From the NCBI RefSeq assembly GCF_001194135.2, contig NC_068985.1:41537676-41570281 (forward strand): a stretch of DNA of 32,606 bases, in the 5' to 3' direction. Below, piece after piece: positions 22,221 to 32,606 of this stretch. Under the pieces are notes generated by a model that was not told the origin of the DNA, did no database searches, and saw only the letters and a program-made list of their open reading frames with translations. Positions within the stretch are counted from its first letter, which is position 1, and each line of letters opens with the position of its first letter. A program made the position numbers and the translations under genes. This stretch comes from Octopus bimaculoides (lineage: Eukaryota).

Positions 22221-23865
22221 TTTACGTTCAGAGTTCAAATATCGCTGTGATCAACTTTTACATTTTACCCTTCCAGGGTTCCATTAAATAAGTATCATCC
22301 TTCTTGATTCATAGTATTCTTGAGTGATGTTTCTTTTTACGTGATTGCGCATGCACTGACAGAAACCGTGTGGGATGGATTTTGCAACAGGAAGAAACTA
22401 AACTCTTAGCGTGACCACACAACATTTTATTTAATTTGCATTTTTATTTCATTCTGTAAGGGATCTGTATGTGAACTAGATGCAACCTGTGATTATGTGA
22501 AGTGCGCTATTTTATGTACTTTGTGGTTAATGCTGTGGTTTCTATGTGTTGTATACAAAGATGGAAATATGACTGAAAATGTTGCGTGCAGTCAAAACAA
22601 AATGAGATGTTTATTTTCGTATTTGTATATTCTGGGTTAAAATTCGGTGGGATTAACTTAGTTTTTTGCTTTTTTTTCATCCCTCATGGGTCGATAAAAT
22701 AATTACCAGATATATTTTGTGTGTTTCTTTTTTTCTTTTTCGTGTGTATGTGTATGAAAGTGTTAAGCTTTTCGCAAGTTAATAGTTGTGTGTTAAAAAT
22801 ATTACTTAATACTACCGAATAACTAGTCGTTTGGATCGTTTTATATAATATAATCACAAAATACTTTTAATGAAATAGCTTTAGCAAGTGGAAACTGTTA
22901 ATGTTTAAGAAATGTGTTAGTAACATCAAACCCCAAGGAGCTTCTAATGGATTATGAAATCCTTCAGATTTCGTCCCTAACATCTATTTTAAGGGACCGG
23001 AGGGAAAATATGTGATGAGTTCAACGCTATTAAAAAAACCTTCATTCCATTAACTTCTATCGCCTATATCCCTCCGCAATGGGAATTGATCTTGTGATAG
23101 CCTAGTTCAAAGAAATAAATTATTATTTAAGACATAAATTTTCTTTTAGACGTTAAGGAATAGCAAAACCATAACACGCAGAAAAAGGAAAAGCTAAATA
23201 AGAAAAAGAAAACATTAGTTCACAGGATTTAGTATCTAACAAGCTTTAGTAGTTTCTTACCTTCAAGTTCTGAGTTCAAGTCTTGCCTTTGCCATAATTC
23301 TCAATACATTTTATCGTTATTGCGTTGTACCTCTCATTGTAAATTTGCCGCCATTTAAACACGAAATGGTTGTTGTTCGATCACACCAATAGATCAGTTG
23401 TTCATTTTTTTCGATTTCAAATTGTTCTTTTACAAATATATGATCAAGTTACTAAAGTTTTAACATTGTTGGTAACAACATATTCTCTCTTTTAATTAAA
23501 TATTGAAAAAGAGAGAAAATGCAAGGGAAATTAATTTTGGTGGTAACGACTAAACCCTTTGATTCATTATCACAATTAAAAAAATTCAGAGGTGTAACAT
23601 TGCGCAAGTTCATTTCCGTAAATGTACCCACAACCACAAGAATTCTCCGGACTTTTAGCTGTTATTTTTAGCATATCGAGTTTCATGGTGAGAGCTTTAC
23701 ATGCCGCGGTCCTTTTGCTCTTTCACTATAAATCTACGCATGCGGAAACGGACAAAACAGTCGTTCATTTTCACTTTTAGACAGCGGGATGGGGTGTGGA
23801 TCAATTTTGGAGATTTTCAAAAAAAATTTGAAGTTAAAATTTGTTTTTTCACAACCTTATGGTCA

Positions 23866-23975
23866 CAGGTTCGATGTAACAAGTAGGTATCTTGGGTAGT
23901 TGCTTTAACCATGCCATTCCATCGACACAAGCCTTGTGAGTGAATCTCGGAGACGGAAACTGTGTGGAAGCCCGA
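23866..23975 (+). mobile_element. SINE family B internal fragment
   Basis: AAGCCTTGTGAGTGAATC..AGACGGAAACTGTGTGGAAGCCCG. Confidence 0.65.
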
Positions 23976-24149
23976 CTCATGAACCGAACCTGTAATTTGA
24001 GAGTCAAGCATGATTCTACCTGAGATTTATGTTACATATGACTGTGGAATACTCACCTACTTTGCACGCTTATTGCAATGAGAAAGTCGTCCAATTGATC
24101 GAGCAACTCGACGCTCATACGTGGAAATCGGTGGGAGAGTCCATCATAA

Positions 24150-24200
24150 ATATTAGCATGGAAAACGGACGTTAAATTATGATGATGATGATCGTGGTGG
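24150..24200 (+). mobile_element. Probable LINE 3' terminus with (GAT)n tail
   Basis: AGCATGGAAAACGGACGTTAAA followed by ATGATGATGATG. Family identity (RTE-type) is from recall. Confidence 0.45.
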
Positions 24201-24564
24201 TGGTGGTAGTGTGTGTGTAAATATATATATATATACACACACGCATATACACGCGCATACACGTATATACACGCGCATACAAATATATACACGCATATAC
24301 ACCTCTAGACACAAAATAACTTCATCACATGTAACTCTATACTGTGTAACACTTTAGGATGTTTATAGATTTGTGTTTGTATATCTTCGTATCAATAGAA
24401 TAAACAATAGTATTGTGTTCGTAAATGTAAGTTTATAGAAGTGTGTGTGTGTGTGTGTGTGTGGGGGTGTGTACACACACACAGACACACATACACAAAC
24501 TTAAGCTTTTATGTACTTCTGTAGGAGTTATATATGTTTATGTGTGTGAGTGTATTTCTGTGTA

Positions 24565-24600
<36 letters not shown>

Positions 24601-24702
24601 NNNNNNNNNNNNNNNNNNNNNNNNNNNNNNNNNNNNNNNNNNNNNNNNNNNNNNNNNNNNNNNNNNNNNNNNNNNNNNNNNNNNNNNNNNNNNNNNNNNN
24701 NN

Positions 24703-24748
<46 letters not shown>

Positions 24749-24783
24749 GCAAGTACATATGTATGTATGTATATATGTATGTA

Positions 24784-25291
24784 CAGAAATACCTCACTTT
24801 ACAAGGACCCGCTTTACGAGACCCCGGGTTTACGAGTTTTATTTTTCAAGCACAGGATCCAAATTTTGAATGAAGTGCAAAAGTTTCTGCTACCATAAAT
24901 GCTTCTTCGTGTTACCTGAAGCCGAAAAAAAGCTTCTTCTAAGCAAATAACTTGCTTTTTAAAAAGGAATTAACGAGTTCGTCTACGAGTGCTTGTGAAT
25001 CGGTGATCGCGTCTACAAGTGATGGTGTGCGCATGTCTAGTAAGAGTGAAAGGGATTCAGAAAACGCATATAAAATTTTTTAGTAGAAATGATCTTGACA
25101 TTTCAAAGTTTAGCATAAAATATTCTTTGCATTCTACTAACCCTAACTCTAACCCTACTGTTGTTTTATTACCATTTATTTACAAGTATTATAAATTTCT
25201 TAGGTAAAATATCTCCCTCGGAACGAATTACGATTTGTAACATTGCTACCATGGGAAATCATTGCCTTGCTTTACGAGTTTCGCTTTACTG
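24784..25291. mobile_element. Probable Tigger/pogo-like non-autonomous element, degenerate
   Basis: Ends are TA|CAGAAATACCTC ... CTTTACTG|TA. The motif GCTTTACGAG recurs (24811, variant near 24828, 25269). Contains CTAACCCTAACTCTAACCCT at ~25137-25157. Confidence 0.45.
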
Positions 25292-25307
25292 TATGTATTG
25301 AATGTGT

Positions 25308-25599
25308 GGAGGCGCGTGGCTTAGTGGTTGGGGTATTCAGCTCACAAGCACAAGGTCGTAAGTTCAATTGAGTTAGCCACTTTATTTCACGTTGCTTCAG
25401 TCCACTCAGTTGGCAAAAATGAGTAGTACCTGTATTTCAAAAGGTCCAGCCTTGTCACACACTGAGTCACGTTGAATCGCCCTGGGTATGCATGTCTGTG
25501 GAGTGTTCAGCCACTTGCACGTTAATTTCACGAGCGGGCTGTTCCGTTGATCTGATGAAGTGGAACCCTCGTCGTTATAAGCGACGGACTGCCAGTTAC

Positions 25600-25600
<1 letters not shown>
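25308..25600 (+). mobile_element. tRNA-headed SINE sharing its 3' tail with family D
   Basis: Head is GGAGGCGCGTGGCTTAGTGGTT. The body differs from family D. The tail AGCCTTGTCACAC..GTCTGTGGAGTG.TCAGCCACTTG.ACGTTAATTTCACGAGC.GGCTGTTCCGTTGATC..GGAACCCTCG..GCGACGGA.TGCCA is shared with 19480-19640. Confidence 0.85.

Positions 25601-25667
<67 letters not shown>
25601..25667. repeat. (TATC)n microsatellite at the SINE 3' end
   Basis: Read directly. Confidence 0.97.
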
Positions 25668-25884
25668 GTGTGTGCATGCAGTATGCTTGAATGGTTATGA
25701 AGTTCGCTTCTCAGCCACGAGGTACAGAGTTCGATTCTACTATGTAACTATTTGGGAGAATATCATATTCTACAGCCTCAAATCAACTCTCACGGTCGCT
25801 GGAATAAAAAAGAATACCGTCTTGCCATATTGTTCACATTGTGTCACGCTGATTTTGCCTGTCCTCATCGTCAAAACCGACGGA

Positions 25885-25924
<40 letters not shown>

Positions 25925-25934
25925 CGCACACACA

Positions 25935-25966
<32 letters not shown>

Positions 25967-26589
25967 TATACACACACACGTACAAAGACAGACGCACATA
26001 AACTTACACGTGTTTATACATGTACAAATGTATGTATGAATGTATGTTTGTATGCATGACCGTACGCATGCTTGTATCAATTTATCTACGCATGTATCTG
26101 TATGTATCCCCGTATGTATTTACAAGACGAGATGATATCACTGTTTAGACATAAAAGCAGTCACTATCAAAAGATGATAGCATCATTAAACCATTAGATG
26201 TTATTTACCAGTTCTTCACACGTCTCGTAGAGAAGAGAGAAAAGGGGAGAAAGAAAGGGTGAGAGAGCGAAGAATGGGGAATAAAAAGACCCTTTCGCTC
26301 TATTTTTTTCCCCTAGAGACCTTTCAACTTTTCAAACATCTAGTATTACCACAGCTGTAGAATACCACTTTTTCCGCTGATGCTGTCATTGCTGCTGCTG
26401 CTGCTGCTGCTGCTGTTATCACTACTTCCGCTGTTGCTGTTGCGATTGCTGCTGCGTCTCCTCTATCACGGCAGCTGTCGACCATGGAACCTCTCCTCTA
26501 TCCACTCACTCCATTACCACCTACAGTAGTTTAACAACACTATTATTATTGCTAACACCGAGCCAACGAGGAAACCGTTACATTATCGC

Positions 26590-27110
26590 CCGATCTACGA
26601 GAATTAGCATCCAAATACCTCTCAATTCACACCCTACTGCTTACACCCTACTGCTTTAAAGGAAGAATGACACATCGAATATTTTCACATCCGATATATC
26701 AGTGGTTTTCAACCGGGGTACATATGACTACTGAGAGTCCATATAAGCTCACGCAACAAAATAATAATTTGGGGATCCACAATACTGTTTTATGTGCCCC
26801 TGAAAAAATTTTACTTTCGATGTTTGCAAGAAACAGCTAGGTTTGTTTCCCTAACGTTTTACATAGTTCAACCTACACAAGTTAATGTGTGAAAAATTAA
26901 ATGGGAATATTGAAAGAAGTTTCTATCGAATGACTATGGGGCCAACTAGAATAAAATAGTAGTCAAAGGGGTCCAGAGATTAAAAAAAAAAATAGTTGAG
27001 AACCCCTGTTATATATACTAGTTCGGGAGTAAGACGGGTTGGTTATAGATTGAATGACTTAGATCATAGACTTGCATGATTACTGCTGACCTGAAAGTAA
27101 AGAATAACAA
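26590..27110 (+). mobile_element. Family C copy split by the 26700-27008 hAT MITE
   Basis: The left part AATTAGCATCCAAAT..CACACCCTAC resembles 14555 and 29953. The right part GATCATAGAC..GCTGACCTG resembles 11460-11500 and 14685. Confidence 0.5.
26700..27008. mobile_element. hAT (Charlie-like) MITE nested in an older repeat
   Basis: Ends are CAGTGGTTTTCAAC ... GTTGAGAACCCCTG (12/14). Flanks are CGATATAT / TTATATAT (6/8). Confidence 0.8.
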
Positions 27111-27310
27111 TGGTAATTGTTAGTAACATCATAATCAATAATACTGTCAATAATACTGTCAGCATCAACACTACTTTTTGTAGCTGCTGTTTAACCCTAG
27201 GTCACTCAACATTGAACGGTCCTATGATCAAAGGCCATCAATCATAACTGTCTTTTTTAGGACTACTTATTTTAATGTGCTATTTCGCTCGTTCACTATT
27301 TAAAGCGGTG

Positions 27311-27940
27311 AAGGCAGCGAGCTGGCAGAATCGTTGGCACGGAGGACAAAATGCTTAGCAGTATTTCTCCCGACTCATTACGTTCTTAGTTCAGATTCCG
27401 CCGAGGTCGACTTTGCCTTTCGTCCTCTCGGGGTCGAGAAAATAAGTACCAGATGAGCACTGGAGTCAATGTAATTGACTTACCCCGCCTCTGAAATTGT
27501 TAGCCTCGTGCCAAAATTTGAAACCATCATTTAAGGCAGTGAACTGGCAGAATGGTTAGCACGCCGGACGAAACACTGAGCTGCATTTCGTCTGTCTTTA
27601 CGTTCTCAGTTCAAATTCTGCCGACGTCGACTTAGCTTTGCGTCCTTTTCAGGATTGAAAAAATAGGTACCAGTTCGGCACCGGGGTTGATATAATAGAC
27701 TAATAAAGTGGCGAGCTGGCAGAAACGTTAGCACGCCGGGCAAAATGCTTAGCGAGGTAAAATGCTTAGCGGCATTTCGTCCGTCTTTACGTTCTGAGTT
27801 CAAATTCCGCCGAAGTTGACTTTGCCTTTCATCCTTTCGGGAGCGATAAAATAAGTACCAGTTAAGCACTGGAGTCGATTTAATCGACTTGGCCCCTCCT
27901 ACAAAACTGTTAGCCTTGTGCCAAAATTTGAAACCAATAT
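27311..27940 (+). mobile_element. Three tandem SINE family A copies (27311-27532, 27533-27705, 27706-27940)
   Basis: Same head and body motifs as family A. Copies 1 and 3 end in CCT(C/T)GTGCCAAAATTTGAAACCA. Copy 3 has a duplicated AAAATGCTTAGCG (27742, 27759). Confidence 0.92.
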
Positions 27941-28304
27941 TTTTATAAGACATACTTAATGTAAATGGAATTATAACAATAGATCAACTGGACTGATTAA
28001 GAGTTACGTACTTTGTAAATGAGTACATCACAGTGCTGCTGACATGATTTCATTACGCTAATGTTTCTGTTGTGTTTAACTGGCGAGAGACGAATTTCGT
28101 TCTGCTGGTCTGTCGTGAAAACATTTTTTTTCTTTTTTTGAAGGATGATTTGAACCAAGCACTGCACGCAGACAAATCATTCATCATATCCACATCGTTA
28201 AACCGACCACTACACTGTGGTACTTGCTTAAAACAGCGAATTATATGACCCGTGGAACATAAACCACATTGTGGTGCCTCTTAAAATAGTAGCTTATATC
28301 AACC

Positions 28305-28420
28305 GTGGCGAGCTGGCAGAATCATCACAGTGTCGAATAGAAGACTTGACAGTATTTGTTCTGGCTTTCTACTCTTTGAGTTCAAATCCTGTCAAGGGCA
28401 ACTTTGCGTTTTTTAGGGAT
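28305..28420 (+). mobile_element. Degenerate SINE family A fragment
   Basis: GGCGAGCTGGCAGAATC head and GAGTTCAAATCC. Confidence 0.65.
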
Positions 28421-28632
28421 GGAATTGTTAGAGTTTATGCTGTTTTTGTTGTCTGCAGAATGTTCTGTCTCAGTTCGTTCTTAGTTGAAATCTTACTGAA
28501 TTCCTATTGTAACTGACATTCCTGTCGGGAGTTGACCAAGGAAAAAGAAAACCTCGAAATAAAACACATTCCCAGCATGATGGTGATTCATGAGATATTC
28601 TGAAGATGATAAACAACTAGGATAAATAAAAG

Positions 28633-28891
28633 CGCGTCTGTGTGGTTAAGAAAATTGCTTCCAAACTATATGGCTTCGGGTTCGGTCCAACAGCGCAGCT
28701 CCATGGGCAAGTGTTTTCTACTATTGTTCTGGGTTGTCCAAAGCCTTGTGAGTCGATTTGACAGACAGAAAGTGAAAGAAGTGTGTGTGTTTATGTCTGC
28801 GTTGCATTTTCCCCTCATCCTACCGCTTGAATATCAGTGTTGGTTTGTTTACGTCATCGTAACGTAACGGTTCGGCAAAAGACTACGATAC
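28633..28891 (+). mobile_element. SINE family B, 3'-truncated by a MITE
   Basis: GTGTGGTTAAG head, GGGCAAGTG, AAAGCCTTGTGAGT, CGGTTCGGCAAAAGA, then the 28892 TIR begins. Confidence 0.8.
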
Positions 28892-29441
28892 AACGAGGAG
28901 GATTTTTCCCACGAGAGTTCCGGACCCCAGGAACGAGCTCATTTGCATACATTCAATCAGAGTTTACATTGAACTTGTCAAGTTAACAAACACACTCTAC
29001 CAAATAAATTTCAGACGAAGAACGATGTTATAAATCGACCGATCGCCAAGTTATGCATGATTTTAAGAGACAAGTAATTAGATAGATTTGCATCTATATC
29101 TATTACTGGATTTTGTTAGAGGCTCCCATATGGTAAAGATGTTGAAGGGAAAAATGTTGGAAGAGGATGATGTGCTAGCAACCCTATCCCCTTGCTGTTT
29201 TAAAAAGTAAACAAAAACACATATAACTACGCTGAAGCAGCCATGGTTGAAACAAGAACAAGGTCAAGAAGTATTCTTAAAAGAGAATAGAAGCATGGTC
29301 ATTCCTTACTCTAGTGACCTTATCTTATCGCCCATCACTTGTTCTGCGCTCATGAATTAGCTTGATAGCTGAGCTTTGATTGGCTGTATGCAAATGAATT
29401 CATAACTGGGGTCCGGAACTCTCGCGGAAAAATATTTCGTT
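28892..29441. mobile_element. MITE with ~70-bp TIRs, truncating a SINE copy
   Basis: 28892-28962 vs 29372-29441 are inverted, with a perfect 19-bp core CGAGAGTTCCGGACCCCAG (28912-28930 / 29406-29424). No TSD resolved. Confidence 0.8.
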
Positions 29442-30302
29442 ATCCGGGGTGTGTTGAGCCGGCACCGACCAAAGAGTTCAGCACGTTCTTCATGAATCTG
29501 GCCGCATCCGACGGTCGGCCCTAACCGGTAGACAAAGTACTGTTTCTATCTGCGGCACAAAAAATCCAGCTTGTAATTTTGACAAATGCACCACTGGGAG
29601 AGCAAGCGGGTCGGACAGTGCGGACGCCGCAGCCGTGGCCATCATTCGTTGTTGAGATGTAGAGTTCATGTTCGGAGTTTCAATGGGAAGACAAAGTTCA
29701 TATGTGTTCCCTTCCCCGGTCAAAAGCGTGCACACTTTCAGGTAGTGTGATCCGTAGCCAGGTTATCTCGCCGTCGATTCTCGACTGTCGAAGAGGATTG
29801 GCTAACCAAGTCACCGCCGATTATCGGAGCAGACGTAGACTGGCTCTACTATTCCGAGTCAGAATAGACCTGAGGACAATAGTGGCTCTCAAATCACTGG
29901 AATCCGCAGACCAAGGACCCACTACCGAATGTAGTTTAAAGACTGACCCATAAATAGCAGCTAAATCTCTCGCATATCGAACACTACCGTCTTAAAAACT
30001 AGAAGGACACAGTAAATAGGATAATCCCAGATATAGTATGTCTGAATAGTAGATGAAATGGTCATAGCTAAATGTTAACTGGGATCAGTTTCAACAGCTT
30101 TCTTGGAATCAGGCAAGCATTTCTAGCGTTTGGGTGGCCAGTGATTTCAATACGGACAAAATACATTTCCGGAAATAGAATATGAATAGCCGATCCGTTT
30201 TTTGGCTGTACAGTGTTCTGTCCTCTCCACTATCTACAGCCAGTGTTTCCAAACCTTCTTTGTCCCACGTTTCGCTGTGCCCTACTATGAACTTACTGAG
30301 TA

Positions 30303-30304
30303 CA

Positions 30305-30393
<89 letters not shown>

Positions 30394-30394
30394 G

Positions 30395-30429
<35 letters not shown>

Positions 30430-30560
30430 GCGCACGCACACTAACAAACTCACACATACACACACACACCAATATACACACGCATAAACACACGCGCACA
30501 CACACAAACATACATACTAACACACACACACACACACACTCACACTAACACAAACATACA
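30303..30560. repeat. (CA)n-rich microsatellite tract
   Basis: Read directly. Confidence 0.95.
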
Positions 30561-30959
30561 TACATTCCATGGAGACTGATTAAAACTTCAATGCAAGTTT
30601 CATTCGATACTTATGCCTCATTCTGAATTAACCCACGCCCCACCAAACTATTGTCACGCCCCTACTGATGGAGCGCAGGCTCCACCTTCAGCAACACTAA
30701 TCTATATTATCTTTGCATTAATTTTTAACTTGTTCTGCACTAATTTACCTTCTTAATTGAAGATTCTTCGCTTGAAAGCACAATTGCGGGTTTTCAAGTC
30801 TCAGTTGGAGTAGGGTTTCATCTTATATTTAGTGTTTTAGATTAAAAAGATCTGCAATGGGATGGAAATCTGTAGCAGGGGCGAAGTTGGTAACGAGGTA
30901 GGTGGGGAATTGGAGGATGGTATGGCAGCGGCAGTGGTGAAGGTAGCTGCGACGGTGAC

Positions 30960-31048
30960 GGCGTATGGGCGGTGAGGGCGTATGTGGCGGTGAGGGCGTA
31001 TGTGGCGGTGACGGCGTATGTGGCGGTGACGGCGTATGTGGCAGTGAC
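30960..31048 (+). repeat. 18-bp minisatellite GGCGTATGTGGCGGTGA(C/G) x5
   Basis: Units start at 30960 (17 bp), 30977, 30995, 31013 and 31031. Confidence 0.92.
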
Positions 31049-31585
31049 GGTGATAGCCGTAGTAATAGTGGCAGTAGCGACGCTGGTGGCAGCGACGAAG
31101 ATGGCGGCGACGGCGGCGATGTTAGTGACGGTCTTCGTGTAGGTTCAGTGNNNNNNNNNNNNNNNNNNNNNNNNNNNNNNNNNNNNNNNNNNNNNNNNNN
31201 NNNNNNNNNNNNNNNNNNNNNNNNNNNNNNNNNNNNNNNNNNNNNNNNNNNNNNNNNNNNNNNNNNNNNNNNNNNNNNNNNNNNNNNNNNNNNNNNNNNN
31301 NNNNNNNNNNNNNNNNNNNNNNNNNNNNNNNNNNNNNNNNNNNNNNNNNNNNNNNNNNNNNNNNNNNNNNNNNNNNNNNNNNNNNNNNNNNNNNNNNNNN
31401 NNNNNNNNNNNNNNNNNNNNNNNNNNNNNNNNNNNNNNNNNNNNNNNNNNNNNNNNNNNNNNNNNNNNNNNNNNNNNNNNNNNNNNNNNNNNNNNNNNNN
31501 NNNNNNNNNNNNNNNNNNNNNNNNNNNNNNNNNNNNNNNNNNNNNNNNNNNNNNNNNNNNNNNNNNNNNNNNNNNNNNNNNNNNN

Positions 31586-31911
31586 AGAAGAAGAAGAAGA
31601 AGAAGAAGAAGAAGAAGAAGAAGAAGAAGAAGAAGAAGAAGAAGAAGAAAAGGAAGAAGAAGAAGAAGAAAAGGAAGAAGAAGAAAAGGAAGAAGAAGAA
31701 AAGGAAGAAGAAAAGGAGGAAGAAGAAGAAGAAAAGGAAGAAGAAGAAGAAGAAGAAGAAGAAGAAGAAGAAGAAAAGGAAGAAGAAAATGAGGAAGAAG
31801 AAGAAGAAAAAGAATGGGGAGGAAGAGGAGAGGAGGGGAGTTGGAGGAAGAGGAGTAAAATGACGAAGAAGAGAGAGAGAGAGAGAAAGAAAGAAAGAAA
31901 GAAAGAAAGAG

Positions 31912-31955
<44 letters not shown>

Positions 31956-31960
31956 GAGAC
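31586..31960. repeat. Polypurine tract: (GAA)n/(GAAAAG) then (GA)n/(AAAG)n
   Basis: Read directly. Confidence 0.95.
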
Positions 31961-32232
31961 AGAAAGAGAGAAAGAAACAAAACACACAATCAACGCGTAG
32001 GATGATGAAAAGGAAGAGGAGCCTGAAGTGGGAAGGATACGTTTCGTGGAGGGGTTTTTTGTTGGCAAGAGGGAGAGGGTAAGTTTGTGATAGGTTCGAA
32101 TCCCAAGTGTGTCGAGATATTGTGCTTTGAAATTCTCATGTTGTTACAGTATCTCTGGCTGTATTTACGACATCAAAGTGTTTAGAAGTGGATGGGTGCT
32201 GTGCGTATTACAGTGTGTGTGTATGTGTGTGT

Positions 32233-32273
<41 letters not shown>

Positions 32274-32472
32274 TGTGCGCGTGTGTTAGCGTGCGTGTAT
32301 GTGTGTGTATCTGTGTATGTATGTATGTTTTGTGCATGTATGTGCACACACACACACACACACATATATAGTGCATATATTTATGCGTGTATATAGATGT
32401 GTTTATATATATGTGTGTGTATGTTTATATACATATATTCATATAGTATACACGTACATAGATATATATAAG

Positions 32473-32503
<31 letters not shown>

Positions 32504-32546
32504 ATACATATTTTTATATATACGCATATACACACACAAACTCACT

Positions 32547-32606
<60 letters not shown>

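Noticed and set aside
25552-25595. CTGATGAAG as a hammerhead core
   Set aside because: It is a mutated part of the SINE tail (GGATCAACTGG in the 19272 copy) with no downstream GAAA.
29490-29735. Minus-strand 81-aa ORF as a Gypsy gag N-terminus
   Set aside because: Only vague resemblance to the KLPxFW..WF..E pattern, with no LTR, PBS or downstream pol.

Overview
AT-rich, microsatellite-dense eukaryotic draft-assembly DNA with six N gaps. I recall the interspersed-repeat families as octopus/coleoid cephalopod; this is recall, not a database result. I cannot support any intact host protein-coding gene, and most listed ORFs are microsatellite or gap artefacts. The window is a layered mix of mobile elements: (i) two decayed Penelope-like (PLE) reverse-transcriptase remnants of different types (1148-2490; 16306-16542); (ii) at least four tRNA-type SINE or SINE-like families, including tandem arrays; (iii) several MITEs, namely hAT with 8-bp TSDs, Tc1/mariner-pogo with TA TSDs, and a foldback element with an 8-bp TSD and inverted telomeric repeats at its centre. 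The most interesting signal is RNA structure. A complete minimal type-I hammerhead ribozyme core lies on the minus strand (22009-22054), downstream of a Pol III B-box-like arm and an (AAT)n linker, suggesting a tRNA-headed, hammerhead-carrying retroposon. A separate ~230-bp inverted repeat (15821-16052) is made of two 3' halves of a different hammerhead and sits next to the second PLE remnant.
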